DNA of 64,000 bases, taken from positions 58,404,001-58,468,000 of the forward strand of contig CM060732.1 of the NCBI GenBank assembly GCA_030704615.1, read 5' to 3'. A program made the position numbers and the translations under genes. A model generated the notes under the pieces. The model saw only the letters and a program-made list of their open reading frames with translations. It had not been told where the DNA came from and did no database searches. The DNA comes from Takakia lepidozioides. Taxonomy: Eukaryota > Plantae > Bryophyta. This document shows, in pieces, positions 49,505-62,336 of the stretch (positions within the stretch are counted from its first letter, which is position 1; each line of letters opens with the position of its first letter).

Positions 49505-51770
49505 ATGGCCCAAGTGGATCCTCGTCAGGCTTCTCCCGAGGCCTTGAAGACGATCTCGAAGTATTTCTCGTTAGCATTTGTTGACAGCAATTTCTTCACC
49601 GCCGCATATGACGCGCTCAAGGAGCTGGGTTTCACAAGGTACAGAGACCACAAATCTCTATGAATTTGAGTATGCGTAGCTCACATTTTACAGGCAACAG
49701 ATTCCGAGTCCGGAGTGGTGTTATACTAGCTGAACTGGGTTTTAGCTGTGAGGGTTTTTGTTTCGTCAATGTTTATTGACCTTGAAATTGGAAAACGACA
49801 GGGGCACCACCATTGCTTTGGTGAATACATGCCGGGACGAACTTGCACGACCTATTTCTCACTTTTTTGATGAGGTCTGTTATAACCACAACTCCACACT
49901 GGGTACCATATCTAATCTACATCAGGCACAATGAAGCCTTCCAGGATCATATCTGTCTGTCATATGCATGAGTCCCCCTTGAATGATGTGCTCTATCTGT
50001 TTGCTCAGTCTATCAATCAGAAATCTGGTATCTTACTCTTGGAAATTCCCTCCAGACAAAAGTGCTTCTGAGATGGGTGGAGGGTTTTTGCTATGCAGAA
50101 ATATGGCCATTCCTTCAATCTCTCAGGCATTTCTGGTATAATGACTGCTGGAACGTTGGGTTTCTTGGCTGCCACGTCACATGCTCCTTATAATCCTGAT
50201 GGAAGGGACAAATGTAAGTGCTTAATAGCTGGTATTGATATGTCTTATACACTGCTAGTACAGTGGTTGGGATGCGGAGTAATCTCAATTGTATAACCTG
50301 GTCTCCCACTTGAAAGCAAAATTCTTACTCACATCAAGCCCTTCCAACTGCCAATGTAAGCGGCTCTGACCTCACTGTAATGTGCTGTGTTGCAGATGTA
50401 TTTTTCGCATCAACACACACTGCAGTTGATGAGAAGGGTATGTGCGTTTGTGTCAGTCTTTGTTGTTCTGTTACTTCAATTAACCCAGTAGTGGCTTTCC
50501 TTGGGGAGATCTTGCAGTTTTTACTGGCTCAAAAGCATGCCTGTTCCCGACGTTCAGGTGCAGAGGGTGTTGTGCTCAGAGAAGGGCAAAAGGACGTCTC
50601 AAAAGCATGTGGAGCTATTGAGGCAATCAAGGCTGAAATTGACTCTGGAGTCACACAGGATGGCTCCATACGGGATGATAATATCGAGTATGATACCTTG
50701 AAAAGAAAGATTTTCTCAAAGGTACAAGGTTCTGCATGGTGATCGCTGTGCCCCTCCTGATCAGATTGTCTCATTCAAGTTGTCCTTCGGCCACATTTAA
50801 ATGTCGGTGAAGGTTAATTTGCAGGTTTAATCTCTTGTCTATGCAGGATACTATGCAGTCCTGGAGATAATATATGATATAATCGAAGTCCATGCAATTT
50901 TCTGATTTGTAATTCATAATCTGAAATGGAAATGGCAGTAGTTAATGGATTGCGACTGAGTTGGCTGCTTCATCCGCAACCATCCTGTCTGTCGTCACTT
51001 GAGTGGTTCATTGACTGGAGTACCTTACTTGCGCTGATGACTGCAGAGTCCTGGTGCTAGCCCAACCAATTTTGAACTGACAAAAATTACAGCTGAGGTA
51101 TGGACACAAACTAATCTGCCTTAGGTGCTAAGTTGATGAAAAATCCTTTCTCAAGCCACACCTCCAGAAAAGTGTCACATGCAAGTGAAATTGATGGTTT
51201 GAATTGAGTTATGCAGGTTATCACCAGTGATCTCGAAGATTTGATCTCTAAGACTGTTGACCCAGCTAATGCTGATTATGCCGTGCTCACTGGAATTCAA
51301 ATTCATGCTGGAGTAGAGGGAGGCACAAGGACCCCAGATGCTTTCATTGATTATATAGCACCTGGTAAGGGCTTCTGCTAATTTCTCCTCGTGTCCCCAG
51401 CAGTATATGTAAAAGAGCTGTTTTCCTGAGCATGAATGTATAACCATACTGGTGTGTCGTTTGGAGTGGTTTGAACTACTGAGCATGTGACTAACAAATT
51501 TGGTGTATGTCCGATTTGCTTGAGCCCTTCACTAAGCAAAACTCACAGGACAAAAGACTCGTCATCCATGGTGTGGAATGGCGTAGAAAGGTCTGTTCTG
51601 TCTGAATAAGAACTTTGACATTGAGCACTGAACGAGAGAATTTCTGTCGGCTATCTGAGAGTTTCACTGACTTGTAATTGCCCACTACAGTGGCTTCATA
51701 TGCCGTGATTGGAGGTACAAAATATGACCTCAAAACTGACGGCAAAAAATACTTCGTCGAGAAGGCCTGA
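49505..51770 (+). CDS. LCIB: LCIB-family (theta-type carbonic anhydrase-like) protein, 8 exons, 268 aa
   Basis: Exons 49505-49638, 49802-49874, 50099-50213, 50396-50437, 50558-50721, 51047-51097, 51217-51364, 51691-51770 (807 nt, all GT-AG, phases consistent). Motifs GFT..TIALVNTCRDE, SHAP, YVFFASTH, KACGA, ITSDLEDLI.KTVDP..ADYAVLTGIQIH match Chlamydomonas LCIB as remembered. Confidence 0.92.
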
Positions 51771-53051
51771 TCTGTAAATCTCAACTCCAGGCTGGACGCA
51801 TGGCCAGGTACATCATAAGCATGCAGATTTTAGTAGTGACAGTCAAGAATTGAAGTTTCCCACTGAGTGACGGTAAGGTTGAGCTTGAAATTGAGAGAGG
51901 ATTTTTTCAAATGGGAACCAAGCCTATGGTGGATGTGCTCTTGGCAGATTTTCTGTATGGCTTGGAGCTGCTGCAAGCTGATTCATTGGTTGTGGAAGAC
52001 AAGGCCACCATTCATAACATCTTGGGCTGGATACAAATGTTGTCCACACACTTGTCGACAGTCGAACTGTCCACAACTGCTTCTGTAAAGGATATGTGAT
52101 GAGCTTACTAGAGGGGAAAGACTGTAAAATATTCATTACATACCACCAAAAGACGTACTTCAATCTTGCAGTTGCCCAAAAAATGTGTCTGTAAGAATAT
52201 TTACACAATTCTTGGATTGGCTACAAGTCGCTGTTGGCCCATAGTTGATGAGTGCAGTGTAAATTCTCACAGTTGATATCAGCAGTGGTTTCGGTTGCTA
52301 GTCGGTAAGAATTGCTCTGAATGTCTGTAAAGATTGGGTCTGTTGGAATATTGCTCGATGCCAGTCCTCCATGGAGATACAGATTTGCGGCACTCAGACA
52401 TCCAAGTTCCTTTTAGAGTTTCCTGCTTACAAAGTGACCTCTCTGAGTCTGCGTCAACCATCGAATCTCTCTCAAAAACTGAACAACAACTACAACACTC
52501 CATCCAGATACCAACCGAACGCTGCATTCAGATGTGCATTGCAATTTGAAAAGCGTTCAAATGACGACTTTTAGCACCAATCAATGCGTTTCATCAGTAT
52601 AAATCTTCAGTCCTGACCGTCTTCACTGTCAATATGCCAAGTTAGTTCGTTCCGGGGTTATGAAAGTGTCTGAGGGATGTTTGAAAGTCTCAAAAGGAAG
52701 GATTTACAGAAATTCTGACTCCGAATGAAATCTTAGTTTGCGGGCCTCCAAAAACCTGAGATTTGAGGTCCGTGTGTTAAGGTTTTAGGGTTAGCAGATG
52801 CGGGTTTTAGTTCAGGGACGGGGTAAGCTACCAGCGTTGTATGGCTCAAGGTGGGTCTGATTTCCTACTGCCGCAAATTGGCCTGTTTCTGATGAGTTGG
52901 GTCCATTTGTTTTTACAGAGGAAGAATCTCTATATCATGACCTCCGAAGCTTTGGTGGTGTAGGGACGGTAGGGGAGTTGATTTCCGAAGCTGCTTAAGC
53001 TGGATTGGATATGGCCGTTCTATCAAGGCTATTGTTGTTCATCGACCATCG

Positions 53052-56000
53052 ATGCAAAGTTACTCTCTCTCCTTGTGTACTGATGTTCGGGTACATTTGA
53101 TGCTTTGGCCATCCTCCCACAAGAGCAGTAGCTCAAAAGGGGTTTGGCAAAAGAAGTGGAGAAGCAGTATTGCCATGAGCCTCTTAAAAGGTGTGGCAAA
53201 ATGCTTTGGCAAAAGAGTTGGAGAAGGAGCACCCATGGCAGCGCAAACAGTTCGCATGGTGCCTGTGGAGAACATACCACCCTTCTCTGCACGTTTCGAA
53301 AGCATACGGCCGTGCCCTTGCACGCCTCCCCGAGGATTTACTGTTTTGAAGGTTGTCCCTGGGCCGGAAGCGTCGATAAGGTGGGGACTGTACGAGAAGC
53401 TTGGGATTGAATACATTTCAAATCCCAGACTATGGTGGGACAATCGAGGCAATAAGGTAAGATCAAGCAATGCTACATAAGAAGGCAACAAAGACTCTCT
53501 CGCAAACTAATAGTAATCCTATGCTTCTCTTTGTCTCCCCTTAGCCTGTGATGTGATTCTTCATTGTGTATGCAAGCAGAAAGACACATTTCGCTATTTT
53601 TTCCATTCTCTGGAGGTTGAAACTCTATGACAGACCCTCCGAGGGTTAATATCCAGCGTTGCGAGATCATACTTGCAGCCAACGGGTGCAAGCACATACA
53701 CACTTCCCCTTACGAATCGGATTTTTTAGTCGCCACCAATTCAACTCGGTTTTTAGTAGTCAGGGGCCTGGTGTTTGCTATGTAATTTATGGTTTGTCTT
53801 TGTCAGCCACTTGCAACCAGGGTAAGGATACTCATTATTGTAGAGGCAGGGAGGGAAGATCCATCTCAGAGGACCTGCCTTGAAGCACCAGAGTGTGAAA
53901 GAGGCACTGTGCATTGATAACTACAAGAAACCTGCATGGGTAGATGGTCAATCGGAGAAGCTTGAAGCATCAAGTTGCAAGTCCTGGTGGGGGGGGAGGG
54001 TTAGTCTTGGGGAAGATTCCAGTATGCCCATTCTTGCTCATTTGTAGATGCAGATGTTGGTAGCATGGGGGTGGTTTACTAAGTGGTCTTGTTATACATT
54101 TCAACAATGGAAACAAGTAGGCACTCATTGGGCAGAGTTCTGCTACTGAACGAAGGGATAGTTAATTCTCTTGATTCCTACAGAAATTGAGCAGAAACTT
54201 CGTATGTGTGGGGGTTCATAGGAGATTATTCCCAACAGAGTAGCCTGAAGAGATGTTTTATGTTGTAGCTTTCTTCTAGGGTCAAGTTGAGCACAAAATC
54301 GGTACTTGGTATTCCCTGCATAGAAAGAAAATATATGTTGTGGCCAGTCCGCATGAAGAGACCTTTCTTCAAGATAGATTTTGCATCAAGGTTGGTAACT
54401 TACGAGGTTTTACTCATGCAGGATGGCGGGGTTGAATCAGGCACAGTTTTTTGAGTCAGGCACCCCCACCATGACAATTGCTTTTGAAAGAGGATTGAGA
54501 GAGGTAGTCGACAAGAACTCTTCTGGCACTTGTGGGGATGTGAGGAGACTAAACAAGGCAGGACAATTGAAAGAGGCGCTGCACATTTTAAACCGTGGAG
54601 GCATTTTGGCAGACTCCAAAACTTATGTCTTTCTCTTGCAAGAGTGCATCAAGATGAAAGCCCTAGCAGAGGGAAAGCAGGTACATGCCCATATTATCCA
54701 AAGTGGATTCAAGCCAAACATCTTTCTACTCAACACACTCATCAACATGCACGCCAAGTGTGGAAGTGTGGTGGATGCACGCCTAGTGTTTGACAAAATG
54801 CCTGAACGAGATGTGATTACATGGACTACAATGATGGGAGGATATGCCAATCATGGGTATGGTAGAGAGGCCTTAGAGATTTACAAGCAAATGATACAGG
54901 AAGGCGTAACACCCAATAGAGTTACCTTCATTTGTGCTCTGAAGGCTTGTGTTAGTCTGGTTGCCCTGGAAAAGGGCATAGAGATCCACGCTAACATCAT
55001 AAAAGCTGGAATTACTCCAGATATCATTCTGGAGAACACCCTCATTGATATGTATGCCAAATGTGGGAGCATGAAGGATGCACATTGTGTGTTTGACAAA
55101 ATGACTCGTCGGAATGTGGTCTCTTGGAGTGCAATGGTTACAGGATATGCTCACCATGGGTGTTGTAGGGAGGCTTTTGAGACATATAAGCAAATGATAC
55201 AGGAAGGGGTGTTGCCCAACAATATCACACTCACTTCTGTTCTCAAGGCATGTGCCAACGTGGCAGCCCTGGAAAAGGGCATGGAGGTCCATGCGGACAT
55301 CAGCAAAGCTGGAATTGTGCCAGATACCATCTTGGAGACCGCCCTCGTGGACATGTATGCTAAATGTGGGAGCATGAAGGATGCACATCAAGTCTTCAAC
55401 AACATGGCTCAGCGAAACGTGGTCTCATGGAGTGCGCTGATTGCAGGTTATGCACAACATGGGTGTGCTATGGAAGCCATGCAACTATTTGAACAAATGC
55501 AGAAGGAATCCTTGAAGCCAGACGGTATCACCTTTATATGTCTCCTATCTGCTTGTAGCCATGTGGGTCTAGTGGATGAAGCTTGTCACTACTTTCACTC
55601 TATGAGTCAGGATTATGACCTTAATCCTACAGTGGAGCATTTTGGCTGCATGGTGGACCTTCTTGGTCGTGCAGGGCGGTTGGATGAAGCAGCGGACTTC
55701 ATCAACAATATGCCTCTTCAACCAGGTGTTGCGGTCTGGGGGGCCTTGCTTGGAGCTTGCAGAATTCATGGGAATGTGGAGGTGGCAGAACATGCAGCCA
55801 AAAGCCTTCTCAAGCTGGATCCCAAGGACGTGTCAACATATGTACTACTATCAAATATCTATGCTGCAGCTGGCAGGTGGGAGGATACTGCAAAGGTGAG
55901 AAAATTGATGAAGGACAGAGGTGTTAGAAAGGACCCAGGTCGCTGCTGCATTGAGGTTAACAACCTGGTTCATACATTTGGTGTAGCTGACAAATCGCAT

Positions 56001-56342
56001 CCACAAATCAATGAAATCCATGCTGAGCTGAACAGATTACTAGGGCAGATGAAGGAGGGGGGTTACATGCCTGACGCCCATTTTGTGTTGCATGATGTGG
56101 AGGCAGGGGGAAAGGAATTTTCTCTTTGTTACCACAGTGAGAAGCTGGCCATTGCTTTTGGACTGATCAGCACGGTCCCTGGGAAGCCTCTTCGTGTCAT
56201 CAAGAACCTTCGGGGGTGTGGTGACTGCCACCTGGCCACCAAGTTCATCTCGAGGATTGCTGCGCGACCAATTGTTGTACGCGATGCTAACCGTTTTCAC
56301 CACTTCCAAGATGGAGTTTGTTCTTGTGGGGACTACTGGTGA
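53052..56342 (+). CDS. PLS-class PPR RNA-editing factor with E1-E2-DYW; predicted 5' exons add an OSB-type PDF motif
   Basis: 54423-56342: about 11 PLS motifs, PG box (KDPGRCCIEV), HSEK...CGDCH, terminal DYW. Exons 53052-53456 and 53844-53986 join 54422 in frame via GT-AG introns; start codon uncertain. The PPR-DYW part is secure, the 5' exons less so. Confidence 0.88.
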
Positions 56343-58068
56343 AATGAGCAACACGAGGGAGTCAGAAATCAGCTCATGACATGTATTGCAAACATGGAAT
56401 GTGCATAATGATGCTCTGAAATATTTAATTATGGCAATAAACATTGCCCTAATGAAAGGAAATGCCTTGCCTTGTCATCACTGGCCTGAGAAAATGTCTT
56501 GGGACATTACCCTCATGGTTAAACAAAGTCTCAACCTGCTGATCACATGAAGGTATGGTCACCAGTTTCTTCTACTGCAAGCTCACCAACTTTTGACCTT
56601 CCTGGCCATTGAAATTTACTGTTTCTGCCCAGCCTCCCTCCCTGCCTAAGGTTCTCAGGGTATTTAAATGTTAGAGTTTCTGGTGCACAGTGTGTATTAT
56701 TCTTTATGAAACTCAGCATTTCCTTTGGTGTGGCAGCACTGCATGTAAGATATCGACACGAGAATGGGTCAGCTTTGCCATGAAAATTAGGAGAGAAATT
56801 TCTGGTAGCCCCTTGTGGAGACACAATTCTTTTCTGCGGGTTTATTCCACTCTCTACCATCTGTAGTAGGATCAGTAGACCTTTGCTTGCAGGGAGGACC
56901 CAGAACAGTTTGCCAATGATCACTCAACCCACATAAAATAACATTGAGCACTATGTCATCCACTCTCCCACTGAAGGGAGGCCAAGATAAATGTAAATCA
57001 TGTGTGCAAGTAACTATCCCAAATATCAAAGATTCAACAAATGTGTCCATTTGAAGATCGGTCCCCTTATCTATCTCTATGGTCTTCCATGTGCATACAA
57101 GAGTTGAAGACTATATATTATTACTCTTGTAGGCCCCATATTTTTTTTCCTTTCAAATTCATCTTGCAAATGTTCTTGGGAGTGGAGGGATGCCTTTCTC
57201 TCACAATTTGATGCCCAATGGGGGCTCGCTGGACTTTTATGTCAAAGACAGGGAGAAAGAGTGCAATGGGCATCCGGACCTCCAATCCACTGTGACTCCC
57301 CAACTCACTGTGCTTCCCCGGCAGAAGTTGAGGACCGTGACATCAATTGACCTCAATTGGTGGCATCGCAAAAACAGAGAATCTAATGTTAGAGCTCATC
57401 TGAATTTTGAGCCTCTTACGAGCAAAACGTTGACCTGGTCTTTTGCTTATGCAACTTTATCTCAGTGGTGGGTTCCTGGATTTTGGTTTGCCATGGCTGG
57501 CTCTGGTCTGGCCTTGGCTCCAGTCTTGTTTGCAGATCTCCTAGTTACAATGTCTTGGGTAGGCTGGGCTTCTAGGATGCTCTGCTTTCTTTTCCTGGTT
57601 AGCTCTTGCTTCAGCTTTAGTTCTTTAGCTGGCATTCGAGCTTTGGGTAGTCTGCCTGCAACAGTAGGCATTCTGCTTTGATCTGTTTGGTTCCAGCTCT
57701 CTTCACAGCTTTCAGCTTTGCTTAATGTAGTCAGGTGGCTGTGCTCTGGCCTCCCCCTTCCCTTTCCTTCCTTATAACTTCGTTCTCTTTAGTTTCCTGA
57801 AGCATTGGCTTCCTAAAATTTTAGGGCTTCAGATTAAAGCTTGCCATCGGTGGTGGTAGGGTGTTACCCAATCTACCAGGATGTAAGCCTTATGGCCTTC
57901 TGTCCTGGTTATTTTTTCCATGACTTCTTTAATATGATTTAAAGGGCTTCCTCCCCTTTCATTTGTTTTTCCTTGAAAAAAATTCATCACAAAGTGCATT
58001 CCAGATTTGAGGGCAGTAGCCCGCGGGGAAGGCCTGATAATCCGGGCATTGCCCGCCTGTGATAAATT

Positions 58069-58148
58069 GGCCTACAACACTAACATATTGTTTTATTTTT
58101 TTGTTGGCTCCAACAAAAAAAAAAACTAATATGTTACTCTTGTAGGCC
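58069..58148. repeat. 80-bp near-perfect palindrome
   Basis: GGCCTACAA-TAACATATT-T-rich-GTTGG ct CCAAC-A-rich-AATATGTTA-TTGTAGGCC; right arm TTACTCTTGTAGGCC also at 57121. Confidence 0.85.
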
Positions 58149-58749
58149 TCGGATTGTTTTCACTCACCTTTGCAGTATGTCATACATCAACATGTTGACG
58201 TCTGTTAGTAGAGGCTCCTCATATTTATGAGGAAAGCCATGACTATATAGTATGGCAAACCCGGGCAAACGATATGGGATAATGTGAGAGAACCTGGACC
58301 AACAAAATCAGGAATTTTATGTTCGCACAGTGTGGGCTTGAAGGATGAATGTAGGTCATGTGTTGGATGAAGGATGAGGTCGCAGGCGGCGGATGGATGA
58401 TAGAAGTTAGAGGTTGCGCTGCTTCCCTCGCCATATATTTCTGGTACGCTGTCTCCCTCGGATGCTTTGCTTTGGGTCTGTGTTTTTGACTAGTGTAGAT
58501 GTGAAGCTCTGTGTGCTCGGTCCTCAGCCATGAGGTAGCAAGTTCGTTTGGTGTATCAAACATGTAAATCTGATTTGAGTTTTGGAATGTCATTGGATGT
58601 CGATGATTCAGATTCACGTTTTGCTGACAATTTGTTGACCTTTAATGCAAGCGTGGAAAGCGTTGGAGGTCTGAATGGAAACGGACGAGGTCCAACTTTA
58701 GAGACCTAGCTAGCCGTGCGCATTACTCTTTACATATATGTAACACCAG

Positions 58750-58861
58750 GAGAGCGAAGGAGCTGCAAATGGAGGGGAGATCGGCGAGTAATATCAAGAA
58801 TATGACAGTGAGAGAGCTAATAGCATGGCTTACTTCCAACAATGTCTCCCTCCCCAACTCG
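58750..58861 (+). pseudogene. Exon-like fragment with a SAP/HeH-like helix
   Basis: CAG acceptor and GTGAGT donor flank NIKNMTVRELIAWLTSNNVSLP; no full gene could be built. Confidence 0.3.
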
Positions 58862-60421
58862 GTGAGTTCCAGCCACACAAATCACCAATTGTTTTGGCCA
58901 TACAACCGACAAATTCTTGTCAACGCATGTGTAGAATGTTGCCCTTCCAAACCATTGACCCCGATACAAAGCTTTGAATGACAATATGACCAACAGGGTA
59001 GGGGGAAAGAAGAACTTAGGGGGAAAGAAAAACTTGAACACCGTTAATATTGCCCACTGGCTAACCTTCCCGTACTCAAAAGGGAAGTTAGTCAAAAACT
59101 GCCAATTGAAGGATTAATATGCATTTAGACTACGTAAGCTCGCTTGAATCCAAGAGGGGAAGCAAGAAACAACAGCGTCTCTCTTTTCTTTGTCGATTTT
59201 TCAGTTTAATTGTTTCACCCCCAATAACTTGAAAGGAATGCTCTCTCTTGGAAAAAACAGAAGCAAAGGAAGGAATACTACCAAAATTTAGCACTCGACA
59301 AATTTCGAGAGCTCGAGAAGGTTGGGAAATCCTGGACATCTCTCTCTCATCTACTTCATCCTTGAAGCTTCTTGTGCCTCTTTTGGCAGCTTGCATGATA
59401 ACAATGACAAACCAAGATTTGCAGATTCCTGTAGTTCCACATGCGTACATATAACTAAATATCTGATTAACTCATTTATGACTCAAAATCCAAACAACTC
59501 TCCAGTAATCAAAATAGTGAAATTATTTTGACAATGTGGAATTGAAGGCCCCCCAAAATTTGATATCTCTGCTACAATTAAAATCCTTGGGCCTTTGTCC
59601 CCCTGATATAACTTGAAAAACTCAGGGCTTCCATCCCCTCTCTTTAAAAAATTTCTAAATAAAAATCTAACCAACATATACAAATACTATACATTGACAC
59701 TCTACAATTTATCATGATCTAATTTGTGAGTAGTGATTCTGAGTTCAAAGCTGCTACATTGTCGGCTGTGGTATAATTTTCCCTTGGGCAGTGTCCCATG
59801 TGCTTATCGCAAGGTTGCTGTGAAAGAGGTTATTTTCTCGTCTCACTATAATTAAAGGGGCCGGATTTGTGATGAGCGGTGGCTACATGGCTACTCAGTG
59901 TTTCCCCTCAAAACATTTATTAAAAATAAGATTAAAAAATTGTCAGTGTGTATATGTACTAAACGTAGGGGAGACAGAGGCCCTAATAATTTAGACCCCT
60001 CTGAGGTATACTAAGTAAGCACACTGGCAAGCTGGACGGTGCCAGCATCACTTTCTTAGTCAATTTTCACAAAATTAGTGTATGCCATGAATAATAGTAC
60101 AAGTTCGTAGGCTGGTATTTGTTTGGTCATATACTTGTAACGTCATAAGTAAATTTACCAACAGTCAGTAGCTCAGTTGGTAAAGGGCACTCAGCTTGAT
60201 AATTCTGGGTCAAATCCTGCTACTTGATGCGCGTGGTATACTCTAGCATTCATGGCGCGGCTTACTGTGGAAGAGGTTATTTTCTCCTCTCACTATTTCT
60301 AAAAAACATTTAAAAATAATAATAATTATACAGAGATATTCATATTTTTTTGATAATTTGCGGATAACTTACATCAAATTTTCAGGATTTGCAGACAGAA
60401 GAAAGCTTGAGGGGCTTTGCA

Positions 60422-60907
60422 ATGGCACAACAACCCACACCAACATCTCCGGGAACCAGCGCATTCTCCCAAGACTGGGAGTCAGTCACAACATCTTACA
60501 CGCAACACATTCCTTCCACTACGGTGCCGCAAAAAGTGACACCACCATCGTTATCCAACATTATAATGACTCGCCGAAAAACAGCAGCGTTACGGCTATT
60601 GCCAACGACGGATTCGGAGGTAGACTACCTAGTGTACCCTCCCCATGCATATGAGGTAGCCCAGCCTAAAAATATATATTTCCATACCAGTGAGAATCGG
60701 GAGGGGGCAGTCACCAGAGGAATGACCAAAAAACAAAGTTTTATCAAAAAATCTCCCACCATCCACCATCATGCTCGGATGGTGAATTCGGATAACAACC
60801 ACTTTTTCATTTTCATGTATATCTCCTTCGTATTTCTTGCTGTATCAACGGTTGTTGGGATATTTACGTACACCTATGTTTTGAAGAACAAATTAGGGTT
60901 GCAATGA
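60422..60907 (+). CDS. 161-aa tail-anchored membrane protein, possibly ATG8-interacting ATI1/ATI2-like
   Basis: DWESV fits the AIM/LIR consensus; YLVYPP resembles ATI FVFPP; hydrophobic segment FFIFMYISFVFLAVSTVVGIFTYTYV near the C-terminus. Confidence 0.5.
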   Translation: MAQQPTPTSPGTSAFSQDWESVTTSYTQHIPSTTVPQKVTPPSLSNIIMTRRKTAALRLLPTTDSEVDYLVYPPHAYEVAQPKNIYFHTSENREGAVTRGMTKKQSFIKKSPTIHHHARMVNSDNNHFFIFMYISFVFLAVSTVVGIFTYTYVLKNKLGLQ

Positions 60908-61531
60908 TGACCATGATGATATTTTGGCAACATAATGTTCAGTTATTTTCTTGATGTCTATTTAGTGAGAGAATTATAGTGAAGAACAGGATGAATAAAA
61001 TGATTCTGAACGGATGGACACATTTGGTTCATGGATGTAAAATAATGCGAAGCAATCACCTTGAGTTCTCCTACTATATCTTTTGATGGTCGTTGTTACA
61101 GTAGCATATGCTGTTAATTTGGATGACACACAAAGCGACCACGTGTTTCACCTCAAATGATTAAGCTTCCAAGATTGACTACTAATTCTCACCAAAGTAG
61201 AGTTTGGACTTATCCTTATTCAACAACGTCAACCTAACCTATTATGCTTTTGTCGATTGGAACCCAAGAAGTTACAACGTTGGTGCTCGCGGTCCATTGG
61301 AATGTCTTCTCGAATGTCCCCAAATTAATCCAGTCTGGTTGGTACTTGATACCTGCCCGCAAAACTACAAATTGTTTTTAAAGAAATATTTAGGGAAATG
61401 CGCGGGAGCGATTGCTCAGGCCCGTAATTGTGGTGAGAGGAGAAAATAACCTCTTTCATATATCCTCGCCATGAGGCGCTGAGTGCAAGGCTCTAGGGAC
61501 ACCACCCAAGGGAAGGGGGGCAAGAATATAC

Positions 61532-62336
61532 CAGTGTTGGCCGGGAATGGCATCTAGACATGCATACCCGGCGGTTATTTGCCAGTTATGCACATATGCA
61601 TACCCGAAAAGTGCAGCCCTAGGAGGAACCGGCTATGGAAGGGAACTGGCAAAAGCCATCGAGCTTCCTAACCGGCTAGAGAACCGGCATTGGGATTGTA
61701 AGGGTGTTATACCCGGAGCAGGATCCGAGCAAATGTGCATGGCGTAAAGGCGGTTCTAGATAATATAGGTATAGGGGTTGGTGATGGCAGGTAAGATTAT
61801 TGCATATGGACATATCCTGATTATGTCTTACTAGTAACAATACGTTTACAATGGTTGGGGAGATTAGGTGCACAACATTGAGAATGCCCAAGTAAATAGG
61901 AAATTAATTAGTTGAGCATTTGGCTAAAACAATGGTTATAAACTTACAGTATTACAGGCCCTGAAGGCAGAGAGATAGATGGTAGGGGTTGAACTTTTGA
62001 ACCCGAGACCCACATGCCAATACATGAGTGGCTTACCACCATGCCACAACCCTCTTGTGTAGTTTTACACACATACACAAAAATGCTAGAAAAAAGTAAA
62101 AATATAAAAATGGATGAATACCATAACCGGTACCATGGAACCGGCAATTTTTAAGATGGCATAACTAGTAGATTGAGAACCGGAAAAGAAAAAATTCATG
62201 TGTTTAATTAGAACCTGTAACCGAGATGTTTTTCAAACCTATTGTTATACCCTGCCCCGGCCATCCACTTTTTTCAAGGAGTAGGCCATAACCGGGACCG
62301 GAAGAGGGCTCAAAACATGGTACCTGGCCAACACTG
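61532..62336. mobile_element. Non-autonomous hAT-type element (MITE), 805 bp
   Basis: TIRs CAGTGTTGGCC(G/A)GG; 8-bp TSD GAATATAC at 61524-61531 and 62337-62344; ACCGG motifs. Confidence 0.93.

Noticed and set aside
49308-49547. Upstream ORF (MAALRCIILC...) as the LCIB transit peptide
   Set aside because: Different frame from LCIB and mostly within a probable 5' UTR intron (about 49172-49447).
48031-56342. mnmA, LCIB and PPR as an organelle-function gene cluster
   Set aside because: mnmA is only an orphan exon and no shared pathway links the genes; adjacency alone is not evidence.
57190-57681. Hydrophobic 163-aa ORF and antisense Lys-rich ORF
   Set aside because: Low-complexity mirror frames with stops nearby; no family could be assigned.
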